Assembly (NCBI GenBank): GCA_032128875.1
Contig: JAVLKG010000005.1
Span: 384,001-448,000, forward strand
DNA from: Candidatus Melainabacteria bacterium 17Bon1m
Lineage (GTDB): Bacteria; Cyanobacteriota; Vampirovibrionia; Obscuribacterales; Obscuribacteraceae
DNA length: 64,000 nt
Direction: 5' to 3'
Below are positions 1 to 9,129 of the stretch, in pieces. Position 1 is the first letter of the stretch. Each line of letters begins with the position of its first letter. The notes under the pieces were generated by a model. That model was not told where the DNA came from. It worked only from the letters and a program-made list of their open reading frames with translations, and searched no databases. The translations under genes were made by a program, and so were the position numbers.

Positions 1-2
1 CA

Positions 3-1730
3 AATCAGTTTGCAAATCGCCAAGCCCAGTCCTGTTCCTTCTCCTTTGCTCACTGCTTCGGGAGTCTGCTCGAAGGCTTCGAAAATCCGCTTCTTATGCT
101 CATCGGCAATGCCTGGACCATTATCGGTAACGGAAATTTCGACGCTTTCCTTGTCTTGCTTCCAGGCGACCGCAATGTGACCTTCTTTGGGCGTGTAGTT
201 AATTGCATTCGCAAGCAGATTTGTCAAAAGTTGAACGAGTTTTTTCGGGTCGCACCACAAAATTATTTCGTCGCCCGTCGATTCGATTTCAATATTTTTG
301 GCTTGCAATGCTGGTTTTACAAGATCAATGGCAGATTGAACCATGCTCTCAATGCTGGCATTGTCGTGTTCGAGCTGCAGTGCTCCGTGTTTCAACTTTT
401 GGAAGTCGAGCAAATCATTGACGAAATCCAGCAGTCTGTCGAGGTTTCGACTCGCGCCTCTAACCTCTTTCAGTGCCTCTTCGCTCAGCGGTCCATAGAC
501 CTCTTGCCCGATCATGTCTAGAGATACTTGCATTGATGAAAGTGGGCTGCGCAGGTCATGGCTGACCATGTCTACAAAATCCTGCTTCAATTTCTCCAGT
601 ATTTTTTCTTGTTCGATGTTATGCACGACTGCGAAAAGTTCTTCTGTCTCCCGCGAAAAGAGGCATGACCAGCGCGTATGCACCGGGGTTTCTGCGTTCT
701 TACCCTGGACTCGCAATTCAAATGACTTGCTCTCTTCGTCGCTTATTGCGCTTTTAAAACTCGCTTCTGCCGCGTTTCGTTCTTCAGATTCGACAAAATC
801 GAGAAACGATTTGCCCACGATCGTCTGCGGTGCTTCGTTGAAAAACTGCATGGTGGAAGCATTGGCGCGCAAGAACTTTCCGTCTTTACTGAGCGCGCAG
901 ATCAAGTCGTTGGTGTTCTCGACCATCGATTTTTCGCGCTCTTGCTCTTCAACCGTTGCTGCTCTTATGCCGTGCAATATCGAATCGATATTAGAAAATT
1001 CGCTGCCGTCAGCGAGCACAGGCAATAACTCTTCCTGTCTGGAGATGCGCAGGCAGTTGGCGCCTAAGTGCTTTAGTGGAATCAGGATATCTCTTATATA
1101 AAATGCAGCCATCACAAAAGCCGCCGCAATTGTCAACCCAATTGCACCAGTCAAAAACATATTCAAGGTTTGAAACTGAGTATTTGTCGCTTCCTCGCTG
1201 CCCTGCCGTTTGGCTTCTTCGTATTGAACGACGCTGTCGGCTGCATTGAGCAGACGATTGCAAGCATAGATGAGCGCTATTTCAAAATTTTCGTGCACGT
1301 GTTTCCAATACTTCCAACCCCTTTGCTGGTTGTCTCGCAGCTCGTTAAGGCGCAGAAGCGTTTCCTGTCCCGCATTCACTAAGTAGGAGATTTTTTTGCG
1401 CTGCACCTCGTCCTGCTCCTCCCGAGAGCTGATTTGCTCCAATTTGTCATTGATGACGGCGAACATTCTTTTGTCGCCGGTCACTGTTGCGAGCCTGCTG
1501 TGAGCCGACGGGAAGAAGTACTGAGGTTGATGACTTATGTAGCCCAGGTTGATCGATGACGAAATCAATGAAATGGTTTTGGTGATCAACTCGCAAGAGC
1601 GAGATTGTTTCACAATGTTGGATTGAATGCTCCAGAGTTGTGCCGTGAGAAAAACGACGAAGACGATTTGGCAGGCGAGCGGAAACAGCACCAGCAAAAA
1701 CCCTCTTTCTTCGATACTGAGCTTTTTCAT
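3..1730 (-). CDS. Membrane sensor histidine kinase (HAMP-PAS-HisKA-HATPase), C-terminus runs off the window edge
   Basis: Absent from the ORF track (no stop in window). Manual minus-strand translation from ATG at 1730, which overlaps the upstream stop as TGATG: MKKLSIEERGFLLVLFPLACQIVFVV..., H-box MVSHDLRSPL, G1/F/G2 boxes DNGPGIADEHKKRIFEAF...GTGLGLAICKLI. Confidence 0.9.
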   Translation of the reverse strand, partial: MKKLSIEERGFLLVLFPLACQIVFVVFLTAQLWSIQSNIVKQSRSCELITKTISLISSSINLGYISHQPQYFFPSAHSRLATVTGDKRMFAVINDKLEQISSREEQDEVQRKKISYLVNAGQETLLRLNELRDNQQRGWKYWKHVHENFEIALIYACNRLLNAADSVVQYEEAKRQGSEEATNTQFQTLNMFLTGAIGLTIAAAFVMAAFYIRDILIPLKHLGANCLRISRQEELLPVLADGSEFSNIDSILHGIRAATVEEQEREKSMVENTNDLICALSKDGKFLRANASTMQFFNEAPQTIVGKSFLDFVESEERNAAEASFKSAISDEESKSFELRVQGKNAETPVHTRWSCLFSRETEELFAVVHNIEQEKILEKLKQDFVDMVSHDLRSPLSSMQVSLDMIGQEVYGPLSEEALKEVRGASRNLDRLLDFVNDLLDFQKLKHGALQLEHDNASIESMVQSAIDLVKPALQAKNIEIESTGDEIILWCDPKKLVQLLTNLLANAINYTPKEGHIAVAWKQDKESVEISVTDNGPGIADEHKKRIFEAFEQTPEAVSKGEGTGLGLAICKLI

Positions 1731-3553
1731 CAAGCTTCACTCTCCGGCGAGCTTGATAGTCTGGGTATTCTCAAGAAAAAGATGCTGCCGCCTGGAGGAG
1801 AGTCTACGACCCCTGCGGACCCGTTGTGTGCTTCGGCAACGGCTTTCACGATGGCCAAGCCAATGCCGCTGCTCTTTCCTTTGATATTTGATTTTACTGC
1901 GGTCTGTTTGAATTTGTCGAAAACATGCGGTTTGTCTTTCTCCGGTACGCCTGGGCCCTGATCGATGACCTGAAGTTCTGCCATGTCATCGCTCAGCTTT
2001 ACTTCGAGGCGCACTGTCGAGCCCCTAGGCGAAAATTTTATCGCGTTAGACACCAGGTTGGTCAAAGCTTGCGTCAGGCGCAACTCGTCTGCCCAGAGCG
2101 AGCAATCGGTGTCCGCTACAACAAGGCTGATTCCGGCTGAGTCGGCAAGACCGACCAGCACATCACGCACTCTAGTAAAAATATCACGCGCACTGACTAT
2201 CGAAGAATTGAGCGACATTTTTCCGGCTTCTAATTTGTTCAAGTCTAGAAGTTCATTGACCAGCACGGTGAGAGTGGAGAGACTGCCTTCTGCTCGTTCA
2301 AGCACGGCTGACGCCTTTTCCGGCATCTCACCACGTTTTCCTTGCGACAATAAATTGAATGAAATGCCAATTGATGTAATTGGTGCGCGCAAGTCATGGC
2401 TGACAATCGAAAGAAACTTTTCTTTCAGCCGCTCAACTGCACGAAGTTCCGTGACGTCGTGAACCGTGCAGAAATAACGCTTTTCCTCTCTTGACCAGCG
2501 AACACTCCATTGAAAATCTGCAACTGAATCATCCGACAATTCAATTCTGGTTTCGAATTCTCCGCTTCCTTCTTTCGCGATTTTCTTCAGTGCTTCGATG
2601 GTTGGCTCGATCGAGTCTTCCTTTAGAATCGTTGCTAGCGGTGCTCCAATCAAATCTCGCTCTGATTTGTGCCAGCGCTTTTCGGCGACCGCGCTCACGC
2701 CGACAAACTTGTATTTTGCATCGAGCGAACAAATAACGTCCGCCGCATTGTGCAAAATGGCTTGCTCTCTCAATCTTGCCTGGCGATGCTGTTCTGCGGC
2801 TTTGTGCAGGGTCTTATCGAGCTGTGCAATTTCATCGTTGCCAGGTTGTACTGCACCAAGATCTTTGCCCTGAAAGACATTTTGCGCTTCGTTGGAAATT
2901 GTTTTCAATCTGCTGGTGATGTCTCGCGAAAACGCCTTCATCAGAAGGAATGACAGCAGGCAGCCGACTGCTGTTCCTATAGTAAGTATTGAGAGCATGC
3001 GGGTTTGAATTGCCGACAACTCTGCCGGAATGCGCGTTTCGAATTGCTTTTCGACCCTGTCGATCTTGTGCATGAAGCGACGATTTTCCGAGAAAGCATT
3101 GACCATAAGAAATGGATTCAGGTGCTGATTACGGCGTCCGGATGGAATTGTAGGGTCGAGTATGACTTCTTTTGCTAGTTTGAATCCTTCCGTCAGAACG
3201 GTCAGTATTTTGTCGAATTGATTGCATACATCGCTAACTTCGGGCGAAACGGAAGTGAGATGTGCAATGCGCTCTTGCATGTCCTTTGCTCGCCCAGTCT
3301 CCATGTCAATCATCTGAAGTGTGCGCGGATCATCCTTTGGTCCTGGGGTGAATATGCGGATCATTGTGCGCATAAGGGACACGTTGATCTGGTTGAGTTG
3401 AACGATCATTGAGCGTTCTTTGAGGATTGTCTGCAATCCTGTCTGTGCTCTGTTCAACTCTGTCGATAAGAGAAAGACGAAAAAGAGCTCGAAAATTACT
3501 GGTAGTAAAACCAGCAGAACTCCCTTTTGTGTGACTGTAAGTCGGTTTAGCAA
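1730..3553 (-). CDS. Membrane sensor histidine kinase (2 TM, HAMP, PAS, HisKA, HATPase)
   Basis: H-box VSHDLRAPI, N-box NLVSNAIKFS, DQGPG, GIGLAIVK; HAMP signature GNDEIAQL; paralogous to the downstream kinase. TTG start. Confidence 0.93.
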   Translation of the reverse strand: MLNRLTVTQKGVLLVLLPVIFELFFVFLLSTELNRAQTGLQTILKERSMIVQLNQINVSLMRTMIRIFTPGPKDDPRTLQMIDMETGRAKDMQERIAHLTSVSPEVSDVCNQFDKILTVLTEGFKLAKEVILDPTIPSGRRNQHLNPFLMVNAFSENRRFMHKIDRVEKQFETRIPAELSAIQTRMLSILTIGTAVGCLLSFLLMKAFSRDITSRLKTISNEAQNVFQGKDLGAVQPGNDEIAQLDKTLHKAAEQHRQARLREQAILHNAADVICSLDAKYKFVGVSAVAEKRWHKSERDLIGAPLATILKEDSIEPTIEALKKIAKEGSGEFETRIELSDDSVADFQWSVRWSREEKRYFCTVHDVTELRAVERLKEKFLSIVSHDLRAPITSIGISFNLLSQGKRGEMPEKASAVLERAEGSLSTLTVLVNELLDLNKLEAGKMSLNSSIVSARDIFTRVRDVLVGLADSAGISLVVADTDCSLWADELRLTQALTNLVSNAIKFSPRGSTVRLEVKLSDDMAELQVIDQGPGVPEKDKPHVFDKFKQTAVKSNIKGKSSGIGLAIVKAVAEAHNGSAGVVDSPPGGSIFFLRIPRLSSSPESEA

Positions 3554-3676
3554 GTGAATTAGAAGAAGGTTCGGACCGCGACGTCAATTTTAGTCGGATC
3601 GGCCTTATATAAGTACCGCCCTGAACAAACAGGTTCAGCTTTTCGCGAACAGACTCAATAAGATGTATATCCTTAT

Positions 3677-3691
3677 TGAAAATGATTGTCA
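3677..3691. promoter_or_regulatory. Fur-family box (7-1-7 inverted repeat)
   Basis: TGAAAAT-G-ATTGTCA, two mismatches to TGATAAT-N-ATTATCA, in an AT-rich divergent intergenic region upstream of flavodoxin. Confidence 0.7.
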
Positions 3692-3802
3692 TATTTTATT
3701 GCCTGTCTTTGCAAATTTTTCTGGCGTCTGTGGCGATTTGAAGTTTTTTTTGAAATTTGCCCTTCTTTTTTGAAACTTTAAGTGGACAGGATTTGCAAAA
3801 TA

Positions 3803-3821
3803 GTTGAGAATAAGTCTCAAC
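3803..3821. promoter_or_regulatory. Second Fur-family box
   Basis: Perfect inverted repeat GTTGAGA-ATAAG-TCTCAAC (core TGAGAAT-A-AGTCTCA), about 120 bp upstream of the flavodoxin ATG. Confidence 0.65.
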
Positions 3822-3939
3822 AAATTCGAACTCAGTTCCGGCAGTATTTTGCTCTGTCGGGATGGTTCTTGCGCTTTGTGGGTGAATGACATCGCGTGCG
3901 CTTTCGCGTGCTTATGCGGCCGCGCTCAAGGAGACAAAA

Positions 3940-4461
3940 ATGGGAAAACTTTTCTACGGAACGCAGACTGGCACCACAGAAGGTGTTGCTGATGTAATTA
4001 AAAAGCACTTGCCAAACTTAGTATCTGAAATCAAATGCATCCAGTTTGCCAAGAAAGAAGAACTCGAAGCCTGCGACTTCTTGGTTTTGGGCGGTTCTAC
4101 CTGGGGCGACGGTGAACTCACCGACGATTGGCTGGACTTCTTTCCTCAAATGGATCTGATCGATTTCACTGGAAAGAAGGTTGCTCTCTTTTCTTTAGGC
4201 GATCAAGTCGGCTATTCCTACAACTTCGTTAGCGCTATGAAGTTGCTCTATGACAAGGTTATTGAGCGCGGCGGCGAAGTCGTTGCATCTAGAATTTCCA
4301 GAGAAGGATTTGAATTCGACCACTCCGAGTCGATCGTGGACGGGCATTTTGTCGGACTGGTAACTGACGAAGTCAACGAACCTGAATTGACCGAACAGCG
4401 TGTGAGCATTTGGGCTCAAGCGGTTCTTGCTGCCGTCGGTGGCACAGCGGTGGCGGTTTAG
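3940..4461 (+). CDS. fldA: Long-chain flavodoxin (FldA/IsiB-like)
   Basis: FMN phosphate loop YGTQTGTTE, STWGDGE, FSLGDQVGYSYNF, FVGL..DEVN...T..R...W. ATG at 3940 follows AAGGAG. Confidence 0.93.
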   Translation: MGKLFYGTQTGTTEGVADVIKKHLPNLVSEIKCIQFAKKEELEACDFLVLGGSTWGDGELTDDWLDFFPQMDLIDFTGKKVALFSLGDQVGYSYNFVSAMKLLYDKVIERGGEVVASRISREGFEFDHSESIVDGHFVGLVTDEVNEPELTEQRVSIWAQAVLAAVGGTAVAV

Positions 4462-4496
4462 TCGTCTTTTCGGGCGTGTCGATTAGGAGGTGCTTC

Positions 4497-4646
4497 ATGA
4501 ACGCAACGATCACTTTCGCCACTCGCACTCGCCCAAACAAAGCGGCGCAGCATAAAAAACCCCGGAATGCGCGCCGCTCAATTTTCTCTTTGATCGAGAA
4601 CTCGATTCTCAACTGGCTTATGTCCTACCCGATTGAGATCATTTAG
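4497..4646 (+). CDS. Small basic hypothetical protein (49 aa)
   Basis: AGGAGG 6 nt before ATG 4497; MNATITFATRTRPNKAAQHKKPRNARRSIFSLIENSILNWLMSYPIEII; its stop abuts the next ATG. Confidence 0.6.
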   Translation: MNATITFATRTRPNKAAQHKKPRNARRSIFSLIENSILNWLMSYPIEII

Positions 4647-5009
4647 ATGAAAGAAACATCCAGTCACCGCCAGTGGTTGCACACTCGATTTCCCGTTAGT
4701 CCGGTTGGACCTGCTTCCGACCTTACTAGACAGCAGTCGCACAACAATTTGCGCGGGCGGCGAGTCTGGTCGAAGACGCCATTCATAGATTGGGGAAATG
4801 CGCTTACGACAAGCGTTATTGTTCCCAGCGAAGTAGGCGGGACTGTCGTTTTTCACGGCTCTGACGATATCTTCGTCGTTCGCTGGGATAACGGTCGTGT
4901 AGCCATGCACAGAAAAGATGATTTGCTCAGAGCGGCAGTGCTAATTGGTGCGCATGAGAGTTTGAAGAGTTATCTCAATGGCATGAGGCAGCACGCATGC
5001 ACGCCTTAG
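4647..5009 (+). CDS. Hypothetical protein, possible small beta-barrel (SH3/KOW-like)
   Basis: TAG-ATG junction with the upstream ORF; beta-strand pattern GTVVFHGSDDIFVVRWDNGRVAMH. Confidence 0.6.
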   Translation: MKETSSHRQWLHTRFPVSPVGPASDLTRQQSHNNLRGRRVWSKTPFIDWGNALTTSVIVPSEVGGTVVFHGSDDIFVVRWDNGRVAMHRKDDLLRAAVLIGAHESLKSYLNGMRQHACTP

Positions 5010-5377
5010 CCAGCGTCAGACCGGCGGAAGCCGGCTTTACAGCTTGGTTGGAAGGGTTTCCCAACTCTTCCATCTTGCGCTTGAAGGCGATCAACACAAG
5101 CACTTCGTCCAGTCGGCATATAATTTTGGCGCTGGCCTATGGATTGACAGATTTCAGGATAGCCAAATTGAACGGGCTTATCACCGGCCTTATGCTCCGG
5201 CGCATGCAGGCCGAGCGACGGGGAGATAAAGCCAGGATAGAACGTATAGAAAAGGTTCTCCACTCACTGCACCTGGCAATTGATAAAGTGACCGGCTTCG
5301 AGGCGTCTAAAGTCCACGGTGACGGTCAAGTCTGCCGAGCCGTAACCAAGTCTAAGAAAGCCTCATCGCGTTACTGA
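4997..5377 (+). CDS. Hypothetical alpha-helical protein
   Basis: Overlaps the upstream ORF by 13 nt, GAGG upstream, fills the gap up to the convergent TolC gene. Confidence 0.55.
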   Translation: MHALASVRPAEAGFTAWLEGFPNSSILRLKAINTSTSSSRHIILALAYGLTDFRIAKLNGLITGLMLRRMQAERRGDKARIERIEKVLHSLHLAIDKVTGFEASKVHGDGQVCRAVTKSKKASSRY

Positions 5378-7146
5378 AGCACTGTTCCGATTGACTGTTC
5401 TAAGTCAGTGAATGCCTGCTGGTATGAATTAACCGCGTCCAAATACTGATTGCGAATTTGAATATTCGCTTGTTGCGTCAAAAGAGTTGAAGTAATGTCG
5501 GACTGACCAACTTCATAACTGCGTCTTGCCAGTCGAGCCACTTCATTCGAGTCGTTGAGCAGTTTTTGCTGATACGTCAAAATCCGTTGTCTGGCAGCCA
5601 GCACTCTTTGGTATGCGGCAGAAACTTCCTGTTGAATGACGTTTTCTTGCGATGTTACCTGCGAGTTCAATGCACGGATTGTCGCTCTATATTTGCTGAT
5701 GTCGCCCTGATTCAAATCGAATATCGGCAATGGTTGGAAGACCTGGATAAAGTAACCATGGAAAACGTTTTTCGGCAGTGGCTTGTCCGGGTCTAATTGG
5801 GACGGATTAAGAGGCGGACCGTTGACCACGGAACTACCAACACCAAGAGTAGGGTTTGGCAGTATTTCTCCGTATGCAACTTTCAGTTGCGCTTTGGCAG
5901 CAGCAATTGCTCTTTCCAAGACCTTCAGCTCAAGCCTGTTTTGCTTGGCTGCTGCAAGCAGGACATCCAACTTCGGCATCTCTTTATTGAAGTCTGGCAG
6001 CAAGTCTATGATTTCGGCACGCAGCTTAAACGGCTGCAGGCGCGGAACCTCAACTTGCGTGTCGACGTTTCGGCCCAGCAAAATCGCCAGTGCTTGCCTC
6101 GCTTGCACGACTCTTCTGGCACCCACATCGCGCTCGATACCGTTTTGACCATTCAAAAGGCGAGCTTTGAGAACGTCCAACTCCGGAACGTCACCAGCTT
6201 GGAAGCGTTTTGCCGCAACCTCGTAAAGCCTGGCGCTAAGGTCATACAAGTCGACAAGAGTTTCATATGTCTCTTGCGCAACAACCAGCTCCGTATAAGC
6301 TTTTCTGATATCACCGCGAAGCTGCCAGAGCGCATTGCGAATTTCAAAATCAGTTTGTTTGATCTGTTTTTTCGCAGCCAAGATTCTAAAGACCAGCTTC
6401 CATGGCGGCTCGATTGGAATCGTTACGCCATAGCGGTATGTGAATTCAGCTTTGTAACCGCTGTCCATAAAGATTGTCGGATTCGGCAATTCTGTGGCGC
6501 GAATCAGTTCTGACTTCGTGATTCCCAAATTGAAACGCACGGCTGCTGCTCGCGGGCTATTGATGAGCGTTTCGTTCATCGCTTGCCCAATGGTCATCGA
6601 GTCACCCATCGGTCCGCGCAGGTTAAGTGCGTCCTGCGGAGTCACTGATGGAGGAGTATGTGCGCCCTGCTCCGGGATGCCGGATGGATTACTTTCCCCG
6701 CGCGATGCTGGGTCGATCGGGGACGTCACCGGGGTATTGCTCAATGGAGTCGTGGGCGTGGGTTTAGGCGTAAATCGTTCCTTCGGATCGACTGTGCTGC
6801 CTGGTCCACCTGGACCCTCCACGCCCTCTGAGGGCACCTTGGTGCCTTCGCCCGGGATGCCAATCGGCAGATTAAGCGACGGCTGCGTGGGAGCCTCGAC
6901 TGGTTTTATAACTTGTGGGGAGGCGGACGGCAGGATTACTGGAGGCGCGTCCGAATAACTTGGTGTGGAAGCTCTCTTTGCCGCAGCGATTTTTAAGCGC
7001 GACCGCAGGCTTAGCGGTTGCCTGAAATTGGGGCTAAAAGTCTTGTCGGAACTTGTGTCGCCAGCTATTGCCGCTTCCGGGATGGAAGCAGCGAAAAGGT
7101 TTAGGACTAAGAATCCAACAAAGCGTTGTCTGGTAAAGGGGCTCAT
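5371..7146 (-). CDS. TolC/CzcC-family outer-membrane efflux protein with long Pro-rich N-terminal extension
   Basis: Signal-peptide-like N-terminus; two OEP repeats (AAKRFQAGDVPELDVLKARL; LARRSYEVGQSDITSTLLTQQ...DLEQSIG). Start is ATG 7146 or TTG 7152. Confidence 0.88.
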   Translation of the reverse strand: MSPFTRQRFVGFLVLNLFAASIPEAAIAGDTSSDKTFSPNFRQPLSLRSRLKIAAAKRASTPSYSDAPPVILPSASPQVIKPVEAPTQPSLNLPIGIPGEGTKVPSEGVEGPGGPGSTVDPKERFTPKPTPTTPLSNTPVTSPIDPASRGESNPSGIPEQGAHTPPSVTPQDALNLRGPMGDSMTIGQAMNETLINSPRAAAVRFNLGITKSELIRATELPNPTIFMDSGYKAEFTYRYGVTIPIEPPWKLVFRILAAKKQIKQTDFEIRNALWQLRGDIRKAYTELVVAQETYETLVDLYDLSARLYEVAAKRFQAGDVPELDVLKARLLNGQNGIERDVGARRVVQARQALAILLGRNVDTQVEVPRLQPFKLRAEIIDLLPDFNKEMPKLDVLLAAAKQNRLELKVLERAIAAAKAQLKVAYGEILPNPTLGVGSSVVNGPPLNPSQLDPDKPLPKNVFHGYFIQVFQPLPIFDLNQGDISKYRATIRALNSQVTSQENVIQQEVSAAYQRVLAARQRILTYQQKLLNDSNEVARLARRSYEVGQSDITSTLLTQQANIQIRNQYLDAVNSYQQAFTDLEQSIGTVLQ

Positions 7147-7469
7147 TATCAAGGTTAGTATAGCCCAGAGACGGTGAAAGTCCTGGGAAAGAGGCAGCCC
7201 GAACGCGCCCGTACAGCGAAGCTTGTTATCGAATTGACGTAAAAGACGGTGAAAAACCTCAAAGCTGGGCTGTTACACAGTAAGCCGAACGGGAAGATCG
7301 CCTATAGATGGCTGCTTCCCGCCTGCGGACGGCTAATGCGCTTGCGCCAGCGCACTTATAATTTGCTAACATTGGGCCGGTCGGCGCATGGCTAACTATT
7401 TAAAGGGTGTCCGAGATTGACTGAAATCCGTATATACATCCTTTTGGAGTCGCCGGGCAGACGGGGGAT

Positions 7470-8216
7470 ATGAAGGACAGCGAAAGTAGGGCTTTTTTAA
7501 GAGGGGAGATGGATTTCACTCCCCAGCGTATGATGCGGTACATCCGTTCACGCGCTCGCCTTGCCACGGATGAAGATATCGAGGACATTCTCCAAAATGC
7601 CCTCGTATTGGTCTGTCAGCACTTCGACCCCACCCACCCGGACGCGAACCTATCCTTATATTGTCTGGGAGCCTGCAACAAGGCAATTGCTCAGAATCTC
7701 GAGCGCTATCACAAGGTTCAGCTGAAAAAACGCGACCCAAACGCAAAAGACAAGCCGCGCGTCGCGCCTGTCGGTGTTTCCAGCTCCGAGACCGAAATGG
7801 ATGGACAGGCAATGAAGGTGACTGGGCTTGCCCCTGGCAAGTCTTTTGACGATACGCCGGGAAATTCGACCCAATGGCGGACCACATCCTTAGATAGTAT
7901 GTTCGACGAAGACGACGGCAGAAATCCCGAAGACGTATTGGGCTGGGAGCTTTCTGTGCTCGCCGGTGATTCTGAGACATCTGACCCGGCGATTAAGGCC
8001 TTAATTAATGATCTGATCGAACAGATTTTGGCCGAGTTGCCCACCCAATTGCACCGTACCTGCTTCCTTTTGAAGTATGTGGAAGGTCATAAAAGAGAAG
8101 ATTTGATTTCATGTCTAAAAATGGACCCCAAGAGTATAGATACGGTCGACAAGAAGATCGTCCGAACGCTGAAAGCATTCAAAGAAAAACTCGACAGGGA
8201 CGAGGCACGAATTTAG
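7470..8216 (+). CDS. Divergent sigma-70 family (ECF-like) RNA polymerase sigma factor
   Basis: Region 2-like DEDIEDILQNALV...FDP...LSLY; region 4-like ILAELPTQLHRTCFLLKYVEGHKREDL; long S/T-rich linker containing SLDSMFDEDDG. Confidence 0.75.
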   Translation: MKDSESRAFLRGEMDFTPQRMMRYIRSRARLATDEDIEDILQNALVLVCQHFDPTHPDANLSLYCLGACNKAIAQNLERYHKVQLKKRDPNAKDKPRVAPVGVSSSETEMDGQAMKVTGLAPGKSFDDTPGNSTQWRTTSLDSMFDEDDGRNPEDVLGWELSVLAGDSETSDPAIKALINDLIEQILAELPTQLHRTCFLLKYVEGHKREDLISCLKMDPKSIDTVDKKIVRTLKAFKEKLDRDEARI

Positions 8217-8219
8217 GAG

Positions 8220-8918
8220 ATGACCATGAACACCCTTCAAGAAAAACTGGCAAAGATTCTCTCTATAAAGGATGAGCGTGCGTGCGCTGATACTTTCGAA
8301 TCGTTCTGCCAGGAGCATGCAGATGTTCTGCCGATGCCCGGCGAAAACAGCATGTTCGACAAAGCCATGTGGGCTGCCTCTAAGCACACAACTTTGTCCA
8401 AGAAGGACGAAGCGATTCTCAAGCGTGTCACCGGAAGAATGATTCAAGAGTCTGTTGTTAAGCCGGTCGTGGCTAAGGCAGAGTCTGCAGTGCTCATGCT
8501 CAAGGACCTTGTCGGCAGTACGAAAGAAAGTGCAATTGGTGCATGGCAAGATATGCTCGACGCTATGCAATGGCAGCAAATGGTCCCGGCTGGCGCGCTG
8601 CGGGGGGTGGGAACCCAATTGGTTTCTCTGGGTACTTTCCAAAAACAGATTGATGATGCGACTGTGCAAGTCAATCTCGGATGGTTGGTAGACAAAGACC
8701 AGTTGCGCGTTCTCTTGCAAGCAAAAGATAAAGAAGAAAATGCCCTTGCCGATGTTGAAGTTAGAGTTACAGAGATGGAACGTGGCGTCGTTTTCTCTCG
8801 CAAAACCAACGAAGACGGCTCTGTTGTTGCACCAAGCGTGCAATGCGGACCTGGTCAGTATCAGATCCAAGTGATCTGGCTCGATAAGGTCGTTGAGACT
8901 CCGTTCTTTAGAATTTAG
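8220..8918 (+). CDS. Hypothetical soluble protein, probable sigma partner/anti-sigma with C-terminal beta-sandwich (DUF1822-like)
   Basis: Starts 3 nt after the sigma stop with AGGAG RBS; no TM segment; C-terminal strands ending GPGQYQIQVIWLDKVVETPFFRI. Confidence 0.6.
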   Translation: MTMNTLQEKLAKILSIKDERACADTFESFCQEHADVLPMPGENSMFDKAMWAASKHTTLSKKDEAILKRVTGRMIQESVVKPVVAKAESAVLMLKDLVGSTKESAIGAWQDMLDAMQWQQMVPAGALRGVGTQLVSLGTFQKQIDDATVQVNLGWLVDKDQLRVLLQAKDKEENALADVEVRVTEMERGVVFSRKTNEDGSVVAPSVQCGPGQYQIQVIWLDKVVETPFFRI

Positions 8919-8979
8919 AAGTCAAATCTAAATCTAGATTCTCAGTCACATCTACCTCGGCAGCAGATGAGACTAGATA

Positions 8980-9016
8980 CAAAGTCCCCGGATAACACCG
9001 GGGACTTTGCTTTTTG
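8980..9016 (+). terminator. Rho-independent terminator of the sigma operon
   Basis: Perfect 12-bp stem CAAAGTCCCCGG / CCGGGGACTTTG, 6-nt loop, followed by CTTTTTG. Confidence 0.85.
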
Positions 9017-9129
9017 TAGCTTCCTTACCATAGTGTAAGCATAAGACACGTATAATCGACCATTTTTGCATTGGTGGTATCCTTGGCCGCCAAAAAGCGC
9101 TTGGTGGCCTAATACGAAGTAACTGGTTA

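Noticed and set aside
96-1382. Plus-strand ORFs of 70-195 aa
   Set aside because: Antisense shadows of the edge-truncated histidine kinase; the same applies to most short overlapping ORFs in the track.
3886-3939. N-terminal extension of flavodoxin in the ORF track
   Set aside because: The RBS and flavodoxin fold both start at ATG 3940.
4593-4606. Third Fur box (ATCGAG-AA-CTCGAT)
   Set aside because: It lies inside the 49-aa ORF and does not fit the 7-1-7 consensus.
8920-8980. Small RNA between the sigma partner and its terminator
   Set aside because: Only a weak hairpin (AGTC-A-CATCT/AGATG-A-GACT) and no separate promoter; most simply a 3' UTR.
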